Shown one piece after another: positions 1 to 14,089 of a stretch of DNA of 64,000 nt (positions within the stretch are counted from its first letter, which is position 1; each line of letters begins with the position of its first letter). A model generated the notes under the pieces. That model ran no database searches. It saw only the letters and a list, made by a program, of their open reading frames with translations, and was not told where the DNA came from. The stretch comes from Octopus bimaculoides (lineage: Eukaryota): contig NC_068988.1 of the NCBI RefSeq assembly GCF_001194135.2, forward strand, positions 43,694,151-43,758,150, given 5' to 3'. A program made the position numbers and the translations under genes.

Positions 1-462
1 GTATCTATCAACGTATTGTATATTTATACATACAACCTTAATTTTTGTTTTTTGTTCCATTCTCAACCAAACCTGTCCGACAAATGGGAACGTGAAATTC
101 CGAGTAACAGTTCGCGTGATCTCTTTGCTACATAAATATACAAATACGTTGATAGATACACATTTGAAAATGGCTGTGTTTCATTGGTCCTTTCAACTAA
201 CGGTCTATTCAATAACCTGTTGTATGAAATTATAATTACGATTTAAAATCTTATTATTAACAAATCGAAGAAAACTTTAAATCAAAAGTTAGCTTTTGTA
301 GAAGGAAAAAACCTGTATACCCAGGGTAAATTAATTAATGGTAAAATAAATTTAAATGAATTTAAAAGATACGTCCGTTTAAAATAAAAATATTTACACG
401 GAACTAACATCATTAAAGTACATACACATTTAGTAATACATATACATACCATAAAACCTATA

Positions 463-954
463 TACTCTTTTACTCTTTTTACTCTTTTACTCTTTTTACT
501 CTTTTACTCTTTTTACTCTTTTACTCTTTTTACTCTTTTACTCTTTTACTCTTTTATTTGTTTCAGTCATATGACTGTGGCCATGCTGGAGCACCGCCTT
601 TAGTCGAGCAAATCGACCCCAGGACTTATTCTTTGTAAGCCTAGTACTTATTCTATCGATCTCTTTTGCCGAACCGCTAAGTTACGGGGACGTAATTACA
701 CCAGTATCGGTTGTCAAGCGATGGTGGGGGAACGAACACAGATACACAAACATATACACACACATACATATATATATATATACATATATACGACGGGCTT
801 CTTTCAGTTTCCGTCTACCAAATCCACTCACAAGGCTTTGGTCGGCTCGAGGCTATAGTAGAAGACACTTGCCCAAGGTGCCACGCAGTGGGACTGAACC
901 CGGAACCATGTGGTTGGTAAGCAAGCTACTTACCACACAGCCACTCCTACGCCT
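463..954 (-). mobile_element. tRNA-derived SINE, family A, full length with expanded (AAAAGAGTA)n tail
   Basis: Minus strand reads AGGCGTAGGAGTGGCTGTGTGGTAAG (A box)...GGGTTCAGTCCC (B box), CCTTGGGCAAGTG core, internal (TA/TG)n tract, 3' GGCGGTGCTCCAGCATGGCC...TGACTGAAAC. Homologous copies occur across the window. Confidence 0.9.
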
Positions 955-1110
955 ACATATATACACTAAACATACAAAAGTTGGTACATGCCTACATACA
1001 TATACAAACAAATACAGGCAAAACGTATATATATATTAATGTATATATAGGTATCCACGTACACATATATATATATATATATTTATATATACACACAATA
1101 TATATATATA

Positions 1111-1289
1111 CAGAATCCGCCAAAAAGATGTGTATACACTTCAAGAAGTGAAGAATCTGTGTTTATATTTTTTATTCAGTGTTTTAGCATTTTAATAAAG
1201 CATTTAAAGAGGTATCTATATTTATAGAGGTACTCATAAAAGTTAAATATGTATACAGATGTTTCCTTTCCTAAAGTGTGTATGCATTT
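1111..1289. mobile_element. Tc1/mariner-type MITE, right end truncated by SINE
   Basis: TA|CAGAATCCGCC start; 1126-1170 and 1245-1289 are ~45 bp imperfect inverted repeats (about 70% by eye). Confidence 0.45.
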
Positions 1290-1293
1290 CTAT

Positions 1294-1545
1294 GTGGAGG
1301 CGCATGGCTTAGTGGTCAGGGCGTTGGACTCATAAACACAAGATTGTGGTTTCGATGCCTAGACCGGGCAACGCGTTGTGTTCTTGAGCAAAACAATTCA
1401 TTTTATGTTGCTCCAGTCCTCATAGCTGGCAAAAGTGAGTAACCCTGCAACGGACTGGCGCCCCATCCAAGTGGGGAATATAAAAAAAACCACGAACCCG
1501 GGAAACCAGCCTTTATGAGTCAGTATGACCTGAGAAGGTAACTTT
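1294..1545 (+). mobile_element. tRNA-derived SINE (V/CORE-like)
   Basis: GTGGAGGCGCATGGCTTAGTGG A box, GGTTTCGATGCC B box, GTGTTCTTGAGCAAAAC core, CCTGCAACGGACTGGCGCCCCATCCA block resembling V-SINE bodies (from memory). Related copy at 43518. Confidence 0.8.
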
Positions 1546-1547
1546 AC

Positions 1548-1655
<108 letters not shown>

Positions 1656-2085
1656 CAGATTGTAAGTCGGCTCTAAAACCGGTCCCACATGACTTCGTGA
1701 ACTCTGTCCCAGTTCCCCACTCACATGCTTCATTTGAAAATCTTGACCTGTTGCACGATGTAAGAAAAATGAACCAGCCTAGTATTATTGTTATTGCTGT
1801 GGGCAATAACATTAATAACGATAACCAATTACCTCCCCTTATTTTTCTTCTTGTGAAGTCATTCACTCGTAAATATCACAACACATACCATGGACAAAAA
1901 CTTTTTAAGAAAATACATATTCAAATAAGTAAACCTTAATATCATGAATAGCGAAAGCGGAACCGGTCGATATATTAAAAATTATATTATCACTATGAAA
2001 AGTGTGTGTATTTTCCTTTTTTAATTTCTTATATATATTACAACTCACCACGTGGGGATAATCGAAATTCCTTCTTTTCTGTTAC

Positions 2086-2172
<87 letters not shown>

Positions 2173-2799
2173 ATAGATATTTACATATATACACACACAC
2201 ACATATCTAGATACATATATACACACATACATACACACACACATACATACATGTATACATACATGTATACATACATGCATACATATATACATACATACAT
2301 ACATACTTACGTACATACATAGTGATTGCTCCATCCTTACAGATGATTGCTTCCTCGCTGTCAGTGCCACTTCTTACTTTCTGTCCATGGCCTTTCAAAT
2401 GGCTATTCAGCTCCGCTGCTTTGTAACTACGCGTTTCCAACTGGATAGGTCTACATAGGTCGCCACACTTCCATTGCCATAGAATTTCAATTTGATGGAA
2501 TGACAAATGACAAATGAGGTCACCAAAATGAGACATCTGGATGTCATTGGATTATCGTGATAAACGCTTGTACAACATAAATACCATTCTCTGACTATTC
2601 GTGGTTAGTACTGAGTGACGAGCCAAAGGGAGATGACCAGGAATCACGTGAAATCGCAGGTTTTACAAAAGCATGTCCGAAAAGGATGCCGTGACTACAG
2701 CTAGGGTGTCCCTTGACTCCCTGACATACATACACAAATATATGAGCAACATATATGTTAAATAAATATAGCTTCATACATCTAACTATATTTTTGACT

Positions 2800-3130
2800 C
2801 AAGTTTTACTTGGCTGCCAAAAATATTTTAACAACGGGGAAAATACACATGGAATTTACTAGATTAGAACTAAAATAGAACTAAATTGGCTTTTGTTTGT
2901 GATGGGGAGGTGTGAGCGGAAAAGTTAGGGATTTTCTTGAAGATCATGTAGTCAATTTTTGGAGTAGATGGTAATTATAAAGTCATAAATATTTCGTTAA
3001 GTTTAAGAGGTGTTGTATTTAATAAAGTGATAAGACTAAGTTGTGCCAAGGACCTCACTGCTAACATGTATAGAGCGCATGGAAGTTAGTCGTTAAAACA
3101 ACAGTTAGTTTGTGAGTGGACATAAAATTT
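2800..3130 (-). mobile_element. Highly decayed CR1-group LINE 3' fragment
   Basis: Broken minus-strand translation loosely resembles CR1/L2 ORF2 C-termini; many stops. Confidence 0.35.
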
Positions 3131-3539
3131 GAACGAGCAAGTAAATCAGTTAATTCTTTAATTCTTTAAATTGTTTCAACTTTAAACCTTCGGTCATGCT
3201 GGGTCAACACTGTTAGTTTATATACAAAAAAGAAAAAGAGGGAAAACTGTAATGTGTGGACAGAAGGAAGGTATATTTTTTTTAACTGAAGAGGAGTCAT
3301 GGAATGACAATTTGTGTGTATGTGTAGATGTATACACACACAAACACACACATATATATAGATTCATACATGGGCACGCGCGCTTACACACATCACACAT
3401 CACACATATAATGCTAGAAAGGACCTATCGGGCAGAAACGATCATAGTGTAATATCAAACTCGAAATTTGTATCAGGTCTTAATATATATTAGTAATTAT
3501 GTATGTCTGCATGCCTGTCTGTATGTATATATATGTATG

Positions 3540-3815
3540 CCATTGTTCAGTTTTATTTCAAGATTACTTGCCCATAGAAAAAAAGCCGGTTTCTAACATA
3601 AACCCAAAGCTCTTTCATTGGAATTTCATCATCAACAACAGGGTATTTTTTGTATGTATGTATGTATGTATGTATGTATGTATGTATGTATATATGTATG
3701 TATGTATGTATGTATGCAGATTTGTATGTTTTTTTTTGTGTATGTATGTTCCAGTGATGGATTGATCTGTAGTCTTCGAATTAGCTTTCTCCATTCTGGT
3801 TTTGAGAAGCCTAAT
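3540..3815 (-). mobile_element. R4/Dong-clade LINE, 5'-truncated 3' end, (CATA)n lineage
   Basis: Encodes LGFSKPEWRKLIRRLQI; its 3' UTR aligns with 15230-15450 and 50700-50953; (CATA)n on both sides. Confidence 0.85.
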
Positions 3816-3957
3816 GTATGTATGTATGTATGTATGTATGTATGCATGCATGTATGTATGTATGTATGTATGTATGCATGCATGTATGTATGTATGTATG
3901 TATGTATGTATGTATGTATGTATGCATGTCTGTATGTCTGTATGTATGTACGTACGT

Positions 3958-4021
<64 letters not shown>
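3815..4021. repeat. (TATG)n plus (GATA)n compound microsatellite
   Basis: Direct reading. Confidence 0.95.
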
Positions 4022-4594
4022 GTCAACAAAAATATTTATATATTTTCATATAGAATAAGACAGGAAGATATTTATACAAAGTCAACTATAATAATTACAC
4101 ATTCAAAGAGCAGGTAAAAGAATTCAAAAAAAAGACAAAGGATTTTATGTTAGCGATGACAGTTAAAACAATATTATCTTAATCGATTTGCGAACCATAC
4201 AAAATACAAAATGCTTGTATGTATGTATGTATGTATGTATTTATGTATGTATGTATGTATGTATGTATGTATGTATGTATGTATGTATGTATGTATGTAT
4301 GAATGAATGCATGTACGTATGTATTGTATGTATATATGTACTGCATCCTTTACATGTGTGTATATTTGTTGTTATCGTTGAATGTGGGAGACACCATCTC
4401 TGTTATGTCAGACAGTCGGATAATAAAGCTACAAATGAACAGACTATTTTATATTCAACAGACAAATCTCTTACACAAATGTTTTGCAGTTGTTTAAATA
4501 TTATATTAGGAAATGGCGCAGAAGCATTTTACCAATGAATGCAACTGGACTCATGTTTGCCATCACATGTGCATAAAATGATGAGCCATTTGGT

Positions 4595-4790
4595 GAGTTT
4601 GTGCATAACCGCCTGACCTGCTAGAGATAGTAGTCAAGCATTTTGTCGAATTACACTCTACTATCTTTAAAAGGAAGGGACACATAGAATAATCGATACC
4701 CGTAGTAAGACTCGGATGGTCATGGCTGGAACGCTTGATTTCAACGACAGATCTGCTCAGTCAGGTCCGACTCAGGGTTTAAAGTACAGC
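4595..4790 (+). mobile_element. Interspersed repeat family E (unclassified, SINE/LINE-tail-like)
   Basis: Motif GCTAGAGATAG...CTACT..CTTTAAAAGGAAGG recurs, diverged, near 40400-40460(-), 41090-41210(-) and 48760-48965(-). Tail motif TCTGCTC..TCAGG recurs at 46728(+), with related tails at 40860-40910(-) and 60330-60450(-). Confidence 0.6.
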
Positions 4791-4805
4791 AGCTTCATGC
4801 CTCCT

Positions 4806-4993
4806 CCCCCACCTCAACATCATCGTTGTCATCATCATTGTCGTCATCATCATCGTCAACATCATCGGCGTCATCATCATCATTATCATCGTCATCACCA
4901 CCACCACCACCACCAGCACCACCACCACCACCACCAGCACCACCAGCAGCAGCAGCACCACTAGCACCACCACCACTAGCATCACCCCCATCA
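4806..4993. repeat. Degenerate (CAT/CAC/CAG)n trinucleotide array
   Basis: Direct reading; runs into N-gap. Confidence 0.9.
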
Positions 4994-5516
4994 NNNNNNN
5001 NNNNNNNNNNNNNNNNNNNNNNNNNNNNNNNNNNNNNNNNNNNNNNNNNNNNNNNNNNNNNNNNNNNNNNNNNNNNNNNNNNNNNNNNNNNNNNNNNNNN
5101 NNNNNNNNNNNNNNNNNNNNNNNNNNNNNNNNNNNNNNNNNNNNNNNNNNNNNNNNNNNNNNNNNNNNNNNNNNNNNNNNNNNNNNNNNNNNNNNNNNNN
5201 NNNNNNNNNNNNNNNNNNNNNNNNNNNNNNNNNNNNNNNNNNNNNNNNNNNNNNNNNNNNNNNNNNNNNNNNNNNNNNNNNNNNNNNNNNNNNNNNNNNN
5301 NNNNNNNNNNNNNNNNNNNNNNNNNNNNNNNNNNNNNNNNNNNNNNNNNNNNNNNNNNNNNNNNNNNNNNNNNNNNNNNNNNNNNNNNNNNNNNNNNNNN
5401 NNNNNNNNNNNNNNNNNAAAATTGCATAACGTGTATGTAGTATCTTCATTTGTATTCCACACTTTAACACACACCACGCTCACACGCACGCACACACACA
5501 CAGACACACACAGACA

Positions 5517-5556
<40 letters not shown>

Positions 5557-8500
5557 GACATGCACACTCATGCACACACACACTCGTACATCCCTCTCAC
5601 ATTTCTGTCTACATGTCTGTACATCTGAATATGTTCTGTACGTACATATATGTGTACAGTGCATGTGTGCCTATGTGTATGTATGTGTGTATACACACAC
5701 ACACACATATCTATATATATGTATGCATATATATGCACATACATACGTACGTATGTATATGTATGAATGTATGACGGTGCTCCAGCATGACCACGGCCTT
5801 AGGGCTGAAACGTATAAAAGAATAAAAAAAAGAATATATATGTGTGTGTGTGTATGTACGTATCTATATGGTAAAAATTGTTAATTGTTAATTGATTTAT
5901 TAATTAATAAATTGATAATCNNNNNNNNNNCACATATACTTTATATATACATATATTTTTAGTATGTTAGTAAACAGAAACATTTCATAATCCCGATAGG
6001 TTTCGTATTATTGTCTTTCGTGTCAACTGTAATCATGATTGAACCGAAAGGATGCCTTTGAGTACTCATGAATTAAATAATATCGATTGCATTTCATCAA
6101 GCATGTGATGGTCCAACTTTAAAGTTAATCACCATGAAGGTTGGTATATAGAGGTTCTTATAAATTCGGTTTTGTTCAAGATTGGAGTGGCAGGCAGATG
6201 TCGTGGAGCTTCTTTGAAATTGAATAACTTTCTATGTAATGTTGGTACTTTTGATTTCCAAATGTGCTGAGGTAGTGATGTAAGTGTTTTCCAAATGGCG
6301 GACGCAAAATTAGTTGTTGTGTTGGTACAGACAAATTATGAATGTGTTCTTTGACAACACTATGTAGTAAATGGAATCATCATTGTCGTTAAAGGATACT
6401 TTGGTGCGCTACACGATGCTGTTTTCTGGGCATTTGATTTTCAAAGACTTGACTCTTGTGCCATACCATAGCAAACACATTTAGATTTTTGCCATTGTTG
6501 ACGAGGCCACAGAACGCCTGCCTTACGGCAATCTATGACGCTCATTACATAGCAAAAATTAACCTTTACGTTTTACTTGCTGAAAAGCTGTGAGATTATG
6601 TGACGCCTTGGAAAATGTTTTGCTGATTAGAGGGATAAATCTTTTTCTGTAGTATTTGTTTTTCGTAGCTAGTATTGCATGGTGGATTGTACTATAAAAG
6701 AAATTTATTTATTGTACGACAGGGGTAGTAATTGTTTTATAATACATTGCTGTAGAACAAGCAGCAAGAAAGAGAACTCTCAAATAAACAGTTTATGTTT
6801 AATTATTCATATGTTAAACTTCACATCAGTATCAACTGGATTACAAGCCAACTAATAGCAAAATCAATTTTTTTATGTTGTTTTATTTTGTAATCGTTTC
6901 TAATAATATAAAAAAAAATTATTTAGTTTCGAATTTTCTTGTTAATAAGCACAACTAATCTACTTAATAGAATTTAATACGTTCTATGGTATACATTCTG
7001 TTTAATAAACAATACTGCATATATTCTTAACGGCGATGCATGGAAACAAAATAGAGGGTGCAAGTCAGATTTGTTTGAGCAAATTTATAACCAATAACAT
7101 TCTATTTGTCAAAAATCCGCCTTACTTTCAGTATGAGACTAGATTCTCTAATGCATTTTCCATTTTTGTCAACTCGCTCGAAATTTGATCGGCTAGTAAC
7201 ATAGAGAATGCTAAAATAGTCATCTGCATTTGATAAAGCGAAGTTCTTTAATAGCTTAACCGGGTGACATGTCGAACGATGTGCCAAATATGTGTAACAG
7301 AAATATCTCCTGGTAAAATATGAAAGCCTTCCTGCAAGCCTCTACGTGGTTTCTCGATCTTTTGAAATAAGTCAAATCTTTCTTGAATCGCACCCTGTCC
7401 TGTTTAATGTGAGCTGGCGTAGGGCTGACCAAAAGCATTCTCAAAATATTAAGATTTTGCCCTTAATTAATGATTTAAAGGAATACCAATATCAGAAAAT
7501 GAGTATAGTGATGTATCAGATGAAAACTTTTAACTTTTTAAAGTGCCAATTAGTTTGGGTAGGGATGTAGGCGGTGGTAATGATGTGGGTAGTGGTGATG
7601 GTACGGGTGGTAGAAGTTGTGGTGATGCCGTAAACTGCAACAAAAGCAATCTATGCCTCTTTTTCAATGCCAGGCATGGTCCCCAAAAATAGCTCGCCCT
7701 GCGATAGTCACCTAATATGTGGCCCATTAAGCACTCCAACCTTATTTTTATCACAAGACAAAACTGGAAAGTTTCTGATAATGTATTCGAAGCAGTTACT
7801 GTCTCAGTGTTTCAACACATGTTTTGCACAGTAAATGGGATGCCCAAGCTTTGTCTTGTCACCCAGTTTCATACTAAAGTAAGTAAGGTAAGCTTTCTTC
7901 ACAAAATCTGTGATTTTACTTCACTGCCTAATCTAGAAATAAGCAGAAGACATCGGGACTGTTTTTACATTCTCTTCTCTCACAACCGACCATATTTCTG
8001 AGATACAAATCATGTTGAAGCCAGTTGACAGCTGGGAAAGCATTTTCAGAATAGTCAACAGTTATAAAGTAAGCAAATGCAGATTTGCGATGGCAAAGTT
8101 CCATAAAGAGCATACATACCATGAAGTTCTTTTTGCAGTTCTTTGACCATGCTTAACGAAAAGTAACCTTGACCCATGTGACCTCACAATCTAAACATTA
8201 AGAGCACATTCAAAATATCAATTTTCATAAAAGACAGTTAAAAGTTCAACAAAACATATCTCATCTAGTTTGCAATGTTAGTCACACTAAATTAAGCAAA
8301 GCGTGGGCATATTTGCAGATAAATTCCGCAAATATGAGACTATGTTGTCAAGGGCCTCCAAAATATGTTGTTTCTTAACATCTAATAGTATAAAGGACAT
8401 TTCTGTTATCATCATGACATTTGAAAGCGGTTAGGTTGAAAGACTGAAGGTTGCTGAAGTTTGATACTTTTTATTTACTAAAGATACTTAAATCATAACT

Positions 8501-9195
8501 TTTGTTTTCATTTTTGTAGTTGTATTTACTTTAAATGACATTGAAAATCTATGTTTTCAAAGTTATGCTCAGCTCCATACATGGGTTCGCATTTGAGGAA
8601 GTCAAATCTATCCTTAGTAATGGTGACAATACCAGAAATGTTGAAAAATGGACATCTCAGTTTGTGAAAAATCTTGACGTGATAGAGCAAAATGGGTTTC
8701 ATTTTTGAAATCAGCACCCCTGAATTAGTAGGAAGCATGTTTCCAACATCAGGCAACAAAAACCCTGTTCCTCAGTGTTATCAAATGGCAGTGACATTCC
8801 TATCCATTTTTCTCATATCATAATATTACGTCAGAATGGATTTTAATATGATACCAAAAAGTTTACCAGAATTATTTTTGACCATGTGAGCACCACATTA
8901 AAATATAACCATTCTTCCAAAAATTGAGATTGCGGAGCTCAAAGTATCATAGATATCATTAACGGTATTCGGGGCACATTGTAAAATCTTTCCATCTGTA
9001 AAATTTCCTTTCTGTTAAAACAAGAAACCATTTCTGTTAAATGAGCTAAAACCTCATATCTTTAACTAAGCCAGAAAGAGTTCATTCCCTATATAGTACT
9101 CGGAGCTTTTCAGTAAAAATAGTACTTGATATTATACACTTTTTTTAGTTGGGATACAGGAAAGAAAGTAAGACTGTTCCTTAATTCTTTCTCTC

Positions 9196-9428
9196 TTTTA
9201 TTCTTTCACTTGTTTCAGTCATGTGACTGCGACCATACAGGAGCACCGTCCTGAGGGATTTTAGTCGAATAAATTGACTCCAGGACTTATGTTTTAAGCA
9301 TAATACTTATTCGATCAGTCTCTTTTGCTGAAGCGCTAAGTTACGGGGACTTAAGCACACCAGCATCGGTTGTCAAGCAGTAATGAGGTGGGGGGAAAAT
9401 ACAGACACAAAGATACACACACTCATAA

Positions 9429-9506
<78 letters not shown>

Positions 9507-9663
9507 GACGGGCTTCTTTCAGTTTCTATCCACCAAATCCACTTGCGAGGCTTTGGTCGGCCCGAGGCTATAGCGTAAGGTATTTGTCCGAGGTGCCACG
9601 CAGTGGAACTGAACCCGGAATCATGTGGTTTGGAAGCAAGCTTCTTACCAGAAAGCCACGCCT
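9196..9663 (-). mobile_element. SINE family A, near full length
   Basis: Colinear with 552-954; expanded internal (CA)n(TA)n tract. Confidence 0.9.
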
Positions 9664-11242
9664 TTGCTTACATTTTCTGAGAAAAAAAACAAAAACAAAA
9701 AAAACTTTGTTTTTTAACTTTTTTTATATTTACTTTCGTACTTTTCACACCCATAGATAACCGGTCTTGTGTCTAGCTCCAAGAAGCCATTATTTGCATG
9801 GACAAAATAGGCCATACACATGAAATATGATGTAGCACCAAGGAAAGAAAACACGTTTCTTTCTCATGCTGTGATAGCACATAGAAAATATATTTACAAA
9901 CAATCTTTTCAAAATAGTACATCTTACGCTTCAGTTAACACATGCGCACAATATTTTCCGTTAAGTGAAATGAACTAATGAAATGAACTTACGCTTTACA
10001 CACTTACACTCGAGAAAACTAAATACACAGTGGTTCATTCATTATAATGTTTTTAAGGAAGTATACGAAGCAATGTATATATGTGTATTTTTGTATATGA
10101 GAGAATATACATACAGACATACATACACACATATGCATATATATATGTATATATGTATGTATGTATGTATGTGTATATATATATATATATTATATATATA
10201 TATTTGAAAATTAGCGCTTTCAAATGCATAGAAAAACAACGTACATTCACTAAATAAAGGAAGGGATGCATATGCAGATTCTAATATTTACAATAATTAA
10301 TTGACCGTGATTTCGACGTATTAAGGTCACTGTGCACAAATTATAGATATGTATATATATATCGTGAAGTATATTTGCCGCCTAAATGTGGCTGACCCAT
10401 ATGGGACGATGCTACTGTAGTTTATTGCCCCAGGGAGACATCTCCAGCTGGCTAACGACACACTGTCTGCTCCTGATCAGTATTTGCGAAGGGATGTATG
10501 CATGTATGTATGTATACCCCCCCCCCACGCATATATATATATATATANNNNNNNNNNNNNNNNNNNNNNNNNNNNNNNNNNNNNNNNNNNNNNNNNNNNN
10601 NNNNNNNNNNNNNNNNNNNNNNNNNNNNNNNNNNNNNNNNNNNNNNNNNNNNNNNNNNNNNNNNNNNNNNNNNNNNNNNNNNNNNNNNNNNNNNNNNNNN
10701 NNNNNNNNNNNNNNNNNNNNNNNNNNNNNNNNNNNNNNNNNNNNNNNNNNNNNNNNNNNNNNNNNNNNNNNNNNNNNNNNNNNNNNNNNNNNNNNNNNNN
10801 NNNNNNNNNNNNNNNNNNNNNNNNNNNNNNNNNNNNNNNNNNNNNNNNNNNNNNNNNNNNNNNNNNNNNNNNNNNNNNNNNNNNNNNNNNNNNNNNNNNN
10901 NNNNNNNNNNNNNNNNNNNNNNNNNNNNNNNNNNNNNNNNNNNNNNNNNNNNNNNNNNNNNNNNNNNNNNNNNNNNNNNNNNNNNNNNNNNNNNNNNNNN
11001 NNNNNNNNNNNNNNNNNNNNNNNNNNNNNNNNNNNNNNNNNNNNNNNNNNNNNNNNNNNNNNNNNNNNNNNNNNNNNNNNNNNNNNNNNNNNNNNNNNNN
11101 NNNNNNNNNNNNNNNNNNNNNNNNNNNNNNNNNNNNNNNNNNNNNNNNNNNNNNNNNNNNNNNNNNNNNNNNNNNNNNNNNNNNNNNNNNNNNNNNNNNN
11201 NNNNNNNNNNNNNNNNNNNNNNNNNNNNNNNNNNNNNNNNNN

Positions 11243-11338
11243 CTAGGCTTACAAAGAATAAGTCCTGGGGTCGATTTTCTCGACTAAAGGCGGTGCTCCA
11301 GCATGGCTGCAGTCAACTGACAGAAAAAAGTAAAAGCG
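11243..11338 (+). mobile_element. SINE family A, 3' part (remainder in N-gap)
   Basis: Reverse complement of 560-645. Confidence 0.85.
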
Positions 11339-11339
11339 T

Positions 11340-11387
<48 letters not shown>

Positions 11388-11399
11388 CAAAAAAACACG

Positions 11400-11515
11400 C
11401 ACACATCATGCGTGTCTGTGGAGTACTCAGCCACTTGCACGTTAATTTCATGAACAGACTGTTCTGCTGATTAGATCAACTGAAACACTCGTCGTCGTAA
11501 CCGCCGGTGTTCCAG
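11400..11515 (+). mobile_element. SINE family D, 3' tail fragment
   Basis: CGTGTCTGTGGAGTACTCAGCCACTTGCACGTTAATTTCA matches the reverse complement of 16670-16775. Confidence 0.8.
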
Positions 11516-14089
11516 AATATGCATATTCTACACCACCCTATAGGTACATATGGCTTTTAGGGTTTTGCATCACATCAGTTCTGTGAGTTTCATGAGCAGT
11601 TTCTTTATTATGCTAACCTTAAAATTGAAGACTTTTATATAAGGTGGAAATTTTTAACTAAAACCATAAATGGACCGATTACAAGCCGCAGTACATATTG
11701 TCCATCGCTGTAATCAATGTGTCAATCCACACCGCAGGAATGATACTGAATTTATGGATGTTAAATGGATGAAAGGAATAACTGCCCTCAGCGGTATACG
11801 AAACTCAAAAGCGCATAGAAGTGGGGAAAATACTCCAATTCATTCTATTCGACATTCTAACACCTCAGCCAATCCGCCTCACACACACACATACACGTTT
11901 ATTCATGCATACATGTATACACATAGAGACCGTTAAACAAACAACCAACAGACAGACAGAGACACACGTACGCACATAAAATTTTGTATTGTATTGTAAG
12001 TATTGTTTTGAGATTCTTCGTTTGCTTGAGATTTTATAGCGAATGATATAATCATATATAGTTATAATTATATACATATAATGTGTGTCTGTGTTATTTC
12101 TGTTCTATTGTATTAAGTCTCTTCGTCTGCTTAGACTTTTATGGCATTCGGAATAATTATATATACTTATAATTACATACATACTTATTTATATACATGC
12201 GTGTGTGTGAGTAGGTATATATGTATGTATGTTTGTGAATGTGTGTGTTTGTGTTTTTGTTTTAATTTGGGTATTTGTAAGTTCGTACTTTTACGAGTCC
12301 ATGTGTTTGTGTGTTTTATGACAGGTCGTGAACAGAATGAACACAAAAGAATAAAAGGATTTTCTATTACCGTCGTGCAATATCAAAAGGGTCACGAACA
12401 AAAAAAAAAAGAGAAAAGAAAGAAATTAGGAAAACAATTGTATCTCAGTGACCCTCTTTTGTGAGAAATTGTCAATTTTACACGGAGCTTTACATAATTT
12501 ACTGCCGTTCTTTTATATATGTCGGGTTCTTAGGCACGTGTTTCAACATCCACGTGATAAATTAGTCACTTGGAGATTCTGATGAAAATGTTCCTCTAAT
12601 ATTCCTTGTGTTGATACGTATTCAATAACAGTAGCATTAATTTCTTTATGTATCCCAAGGGCAGTCTTTTCTACATTGATTTAGCCTGTAACACATATGT
12701 ATGTGAGTCCAGCTTGTATGTATTTGTACCAGGAGAGTAAGACCAAGCAATTTGGCGGTGAGCTTAAAAGAAACAGAGATATATCTTCTCTCAATCACTA
12801 GTTTATTTCCTTTAGCGACACCAGTGATCTGTAAGATTCTTTATCTCTGCAAAGCTTCATTTCTCTCTCTATCTCCCATCACCATTCTGTCTTACCTTTG
12901 TCTGCCAATTTCGTCTATCAACCTTTTTTTTTTTTATCCTTTCTTCTTCACAGCATTGAAAGCTGATTTTGTTGTATCCATTTCTCAACACTTTTCTCAA
13001 CTGGAGGCATTTCTGAAGAAGCTTTTTGTTAACTTGAAAATCAGAAATGGTCGATTTCTCATAGATGCGCCAGAACCAATAATAAACGTATTGTTAATAA
13101 ATTCCCGTTACACACACACAGACACACACACATACCATACACACAAACATACATACACACACACAAATATACATATATACATTCATGCATGAATGCACGC
13201 ATACATACATACATTCATACGTATATGCATGCATGAATACATACACACATGTGTATGTATGTATGTATGTATGTATGTATGTATGTATGTATCAAACACA
13301 TTTTATTAAATAGTGTAATACCTGCGTACTTATTTTTTGCATTTATTATTATACTTTTTATAAATCCCAAAATACATCAATTAATGTAAAAAAGAGAAAA
13401 CACGTTCCAAACAATGACTGTTTTTATTTTTTCCTCTTTCCTATAAAGTAAGAAAACACAAAGTACGTCAATAGACCAACCGACATATGACTCAATATCT
13501 CTTCATGTTTCCTTTCTCCGGGTATGACAAAACTCGTGTATGTGAAAATAATTGCAACTGGAAATCAAAACTGGTTTTCGTTGACTAAGTTTTCAACACA
13601 CCTTTTACGAGATCAAATACTCCCTTCTTCGATGGAAAATTATTAAAAATTTCCAGCATACGAAAAAAAAAGAAGATTTTTCGTAAAGTCGTACCACAGC
13701 AAAAGTCAAATGCGCGAGACGGTTTCTAAACCACTTTTCTCCACTTATACTGATAATAATCTTAATAAATGCATAAGCACCTAAAAATATCGTCTTACAC
13801 ATTATAAATACAAACCTGGTATCTAAATTAGAATTAACATATGTGTACGTCATAAGATTGTCCAGAGACTACCAGAAGATGAGAATTCACAATCATCTGA
13901 CCAGCTACCTAAACACTTAAACGAAATGGTCAGCCGTAGTTCTCTTCTCATCAGCACATATAGAAACCTATGTACATACATAATCATACACACACGCACG
14001 CACACACACACACACACACACACACAAATACACATGCGTACACACACACATGCACACGCATGCATACATACATACATACATACATACAT

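Noticed and set aside
2340-2536. HLKGHGQKV, WD40-like word on the minus strand
   Set aside because: No other WD40 features; a chance match is likely.
4716-4964. His-rich ORFs (also 46699-47070)
   Set aside because: Trinucleotide arrays open in multiple frames.
6000-6560. Possible decayed transposase-like sequence
   Set aside because: Only short broken frames; no motif I can name.
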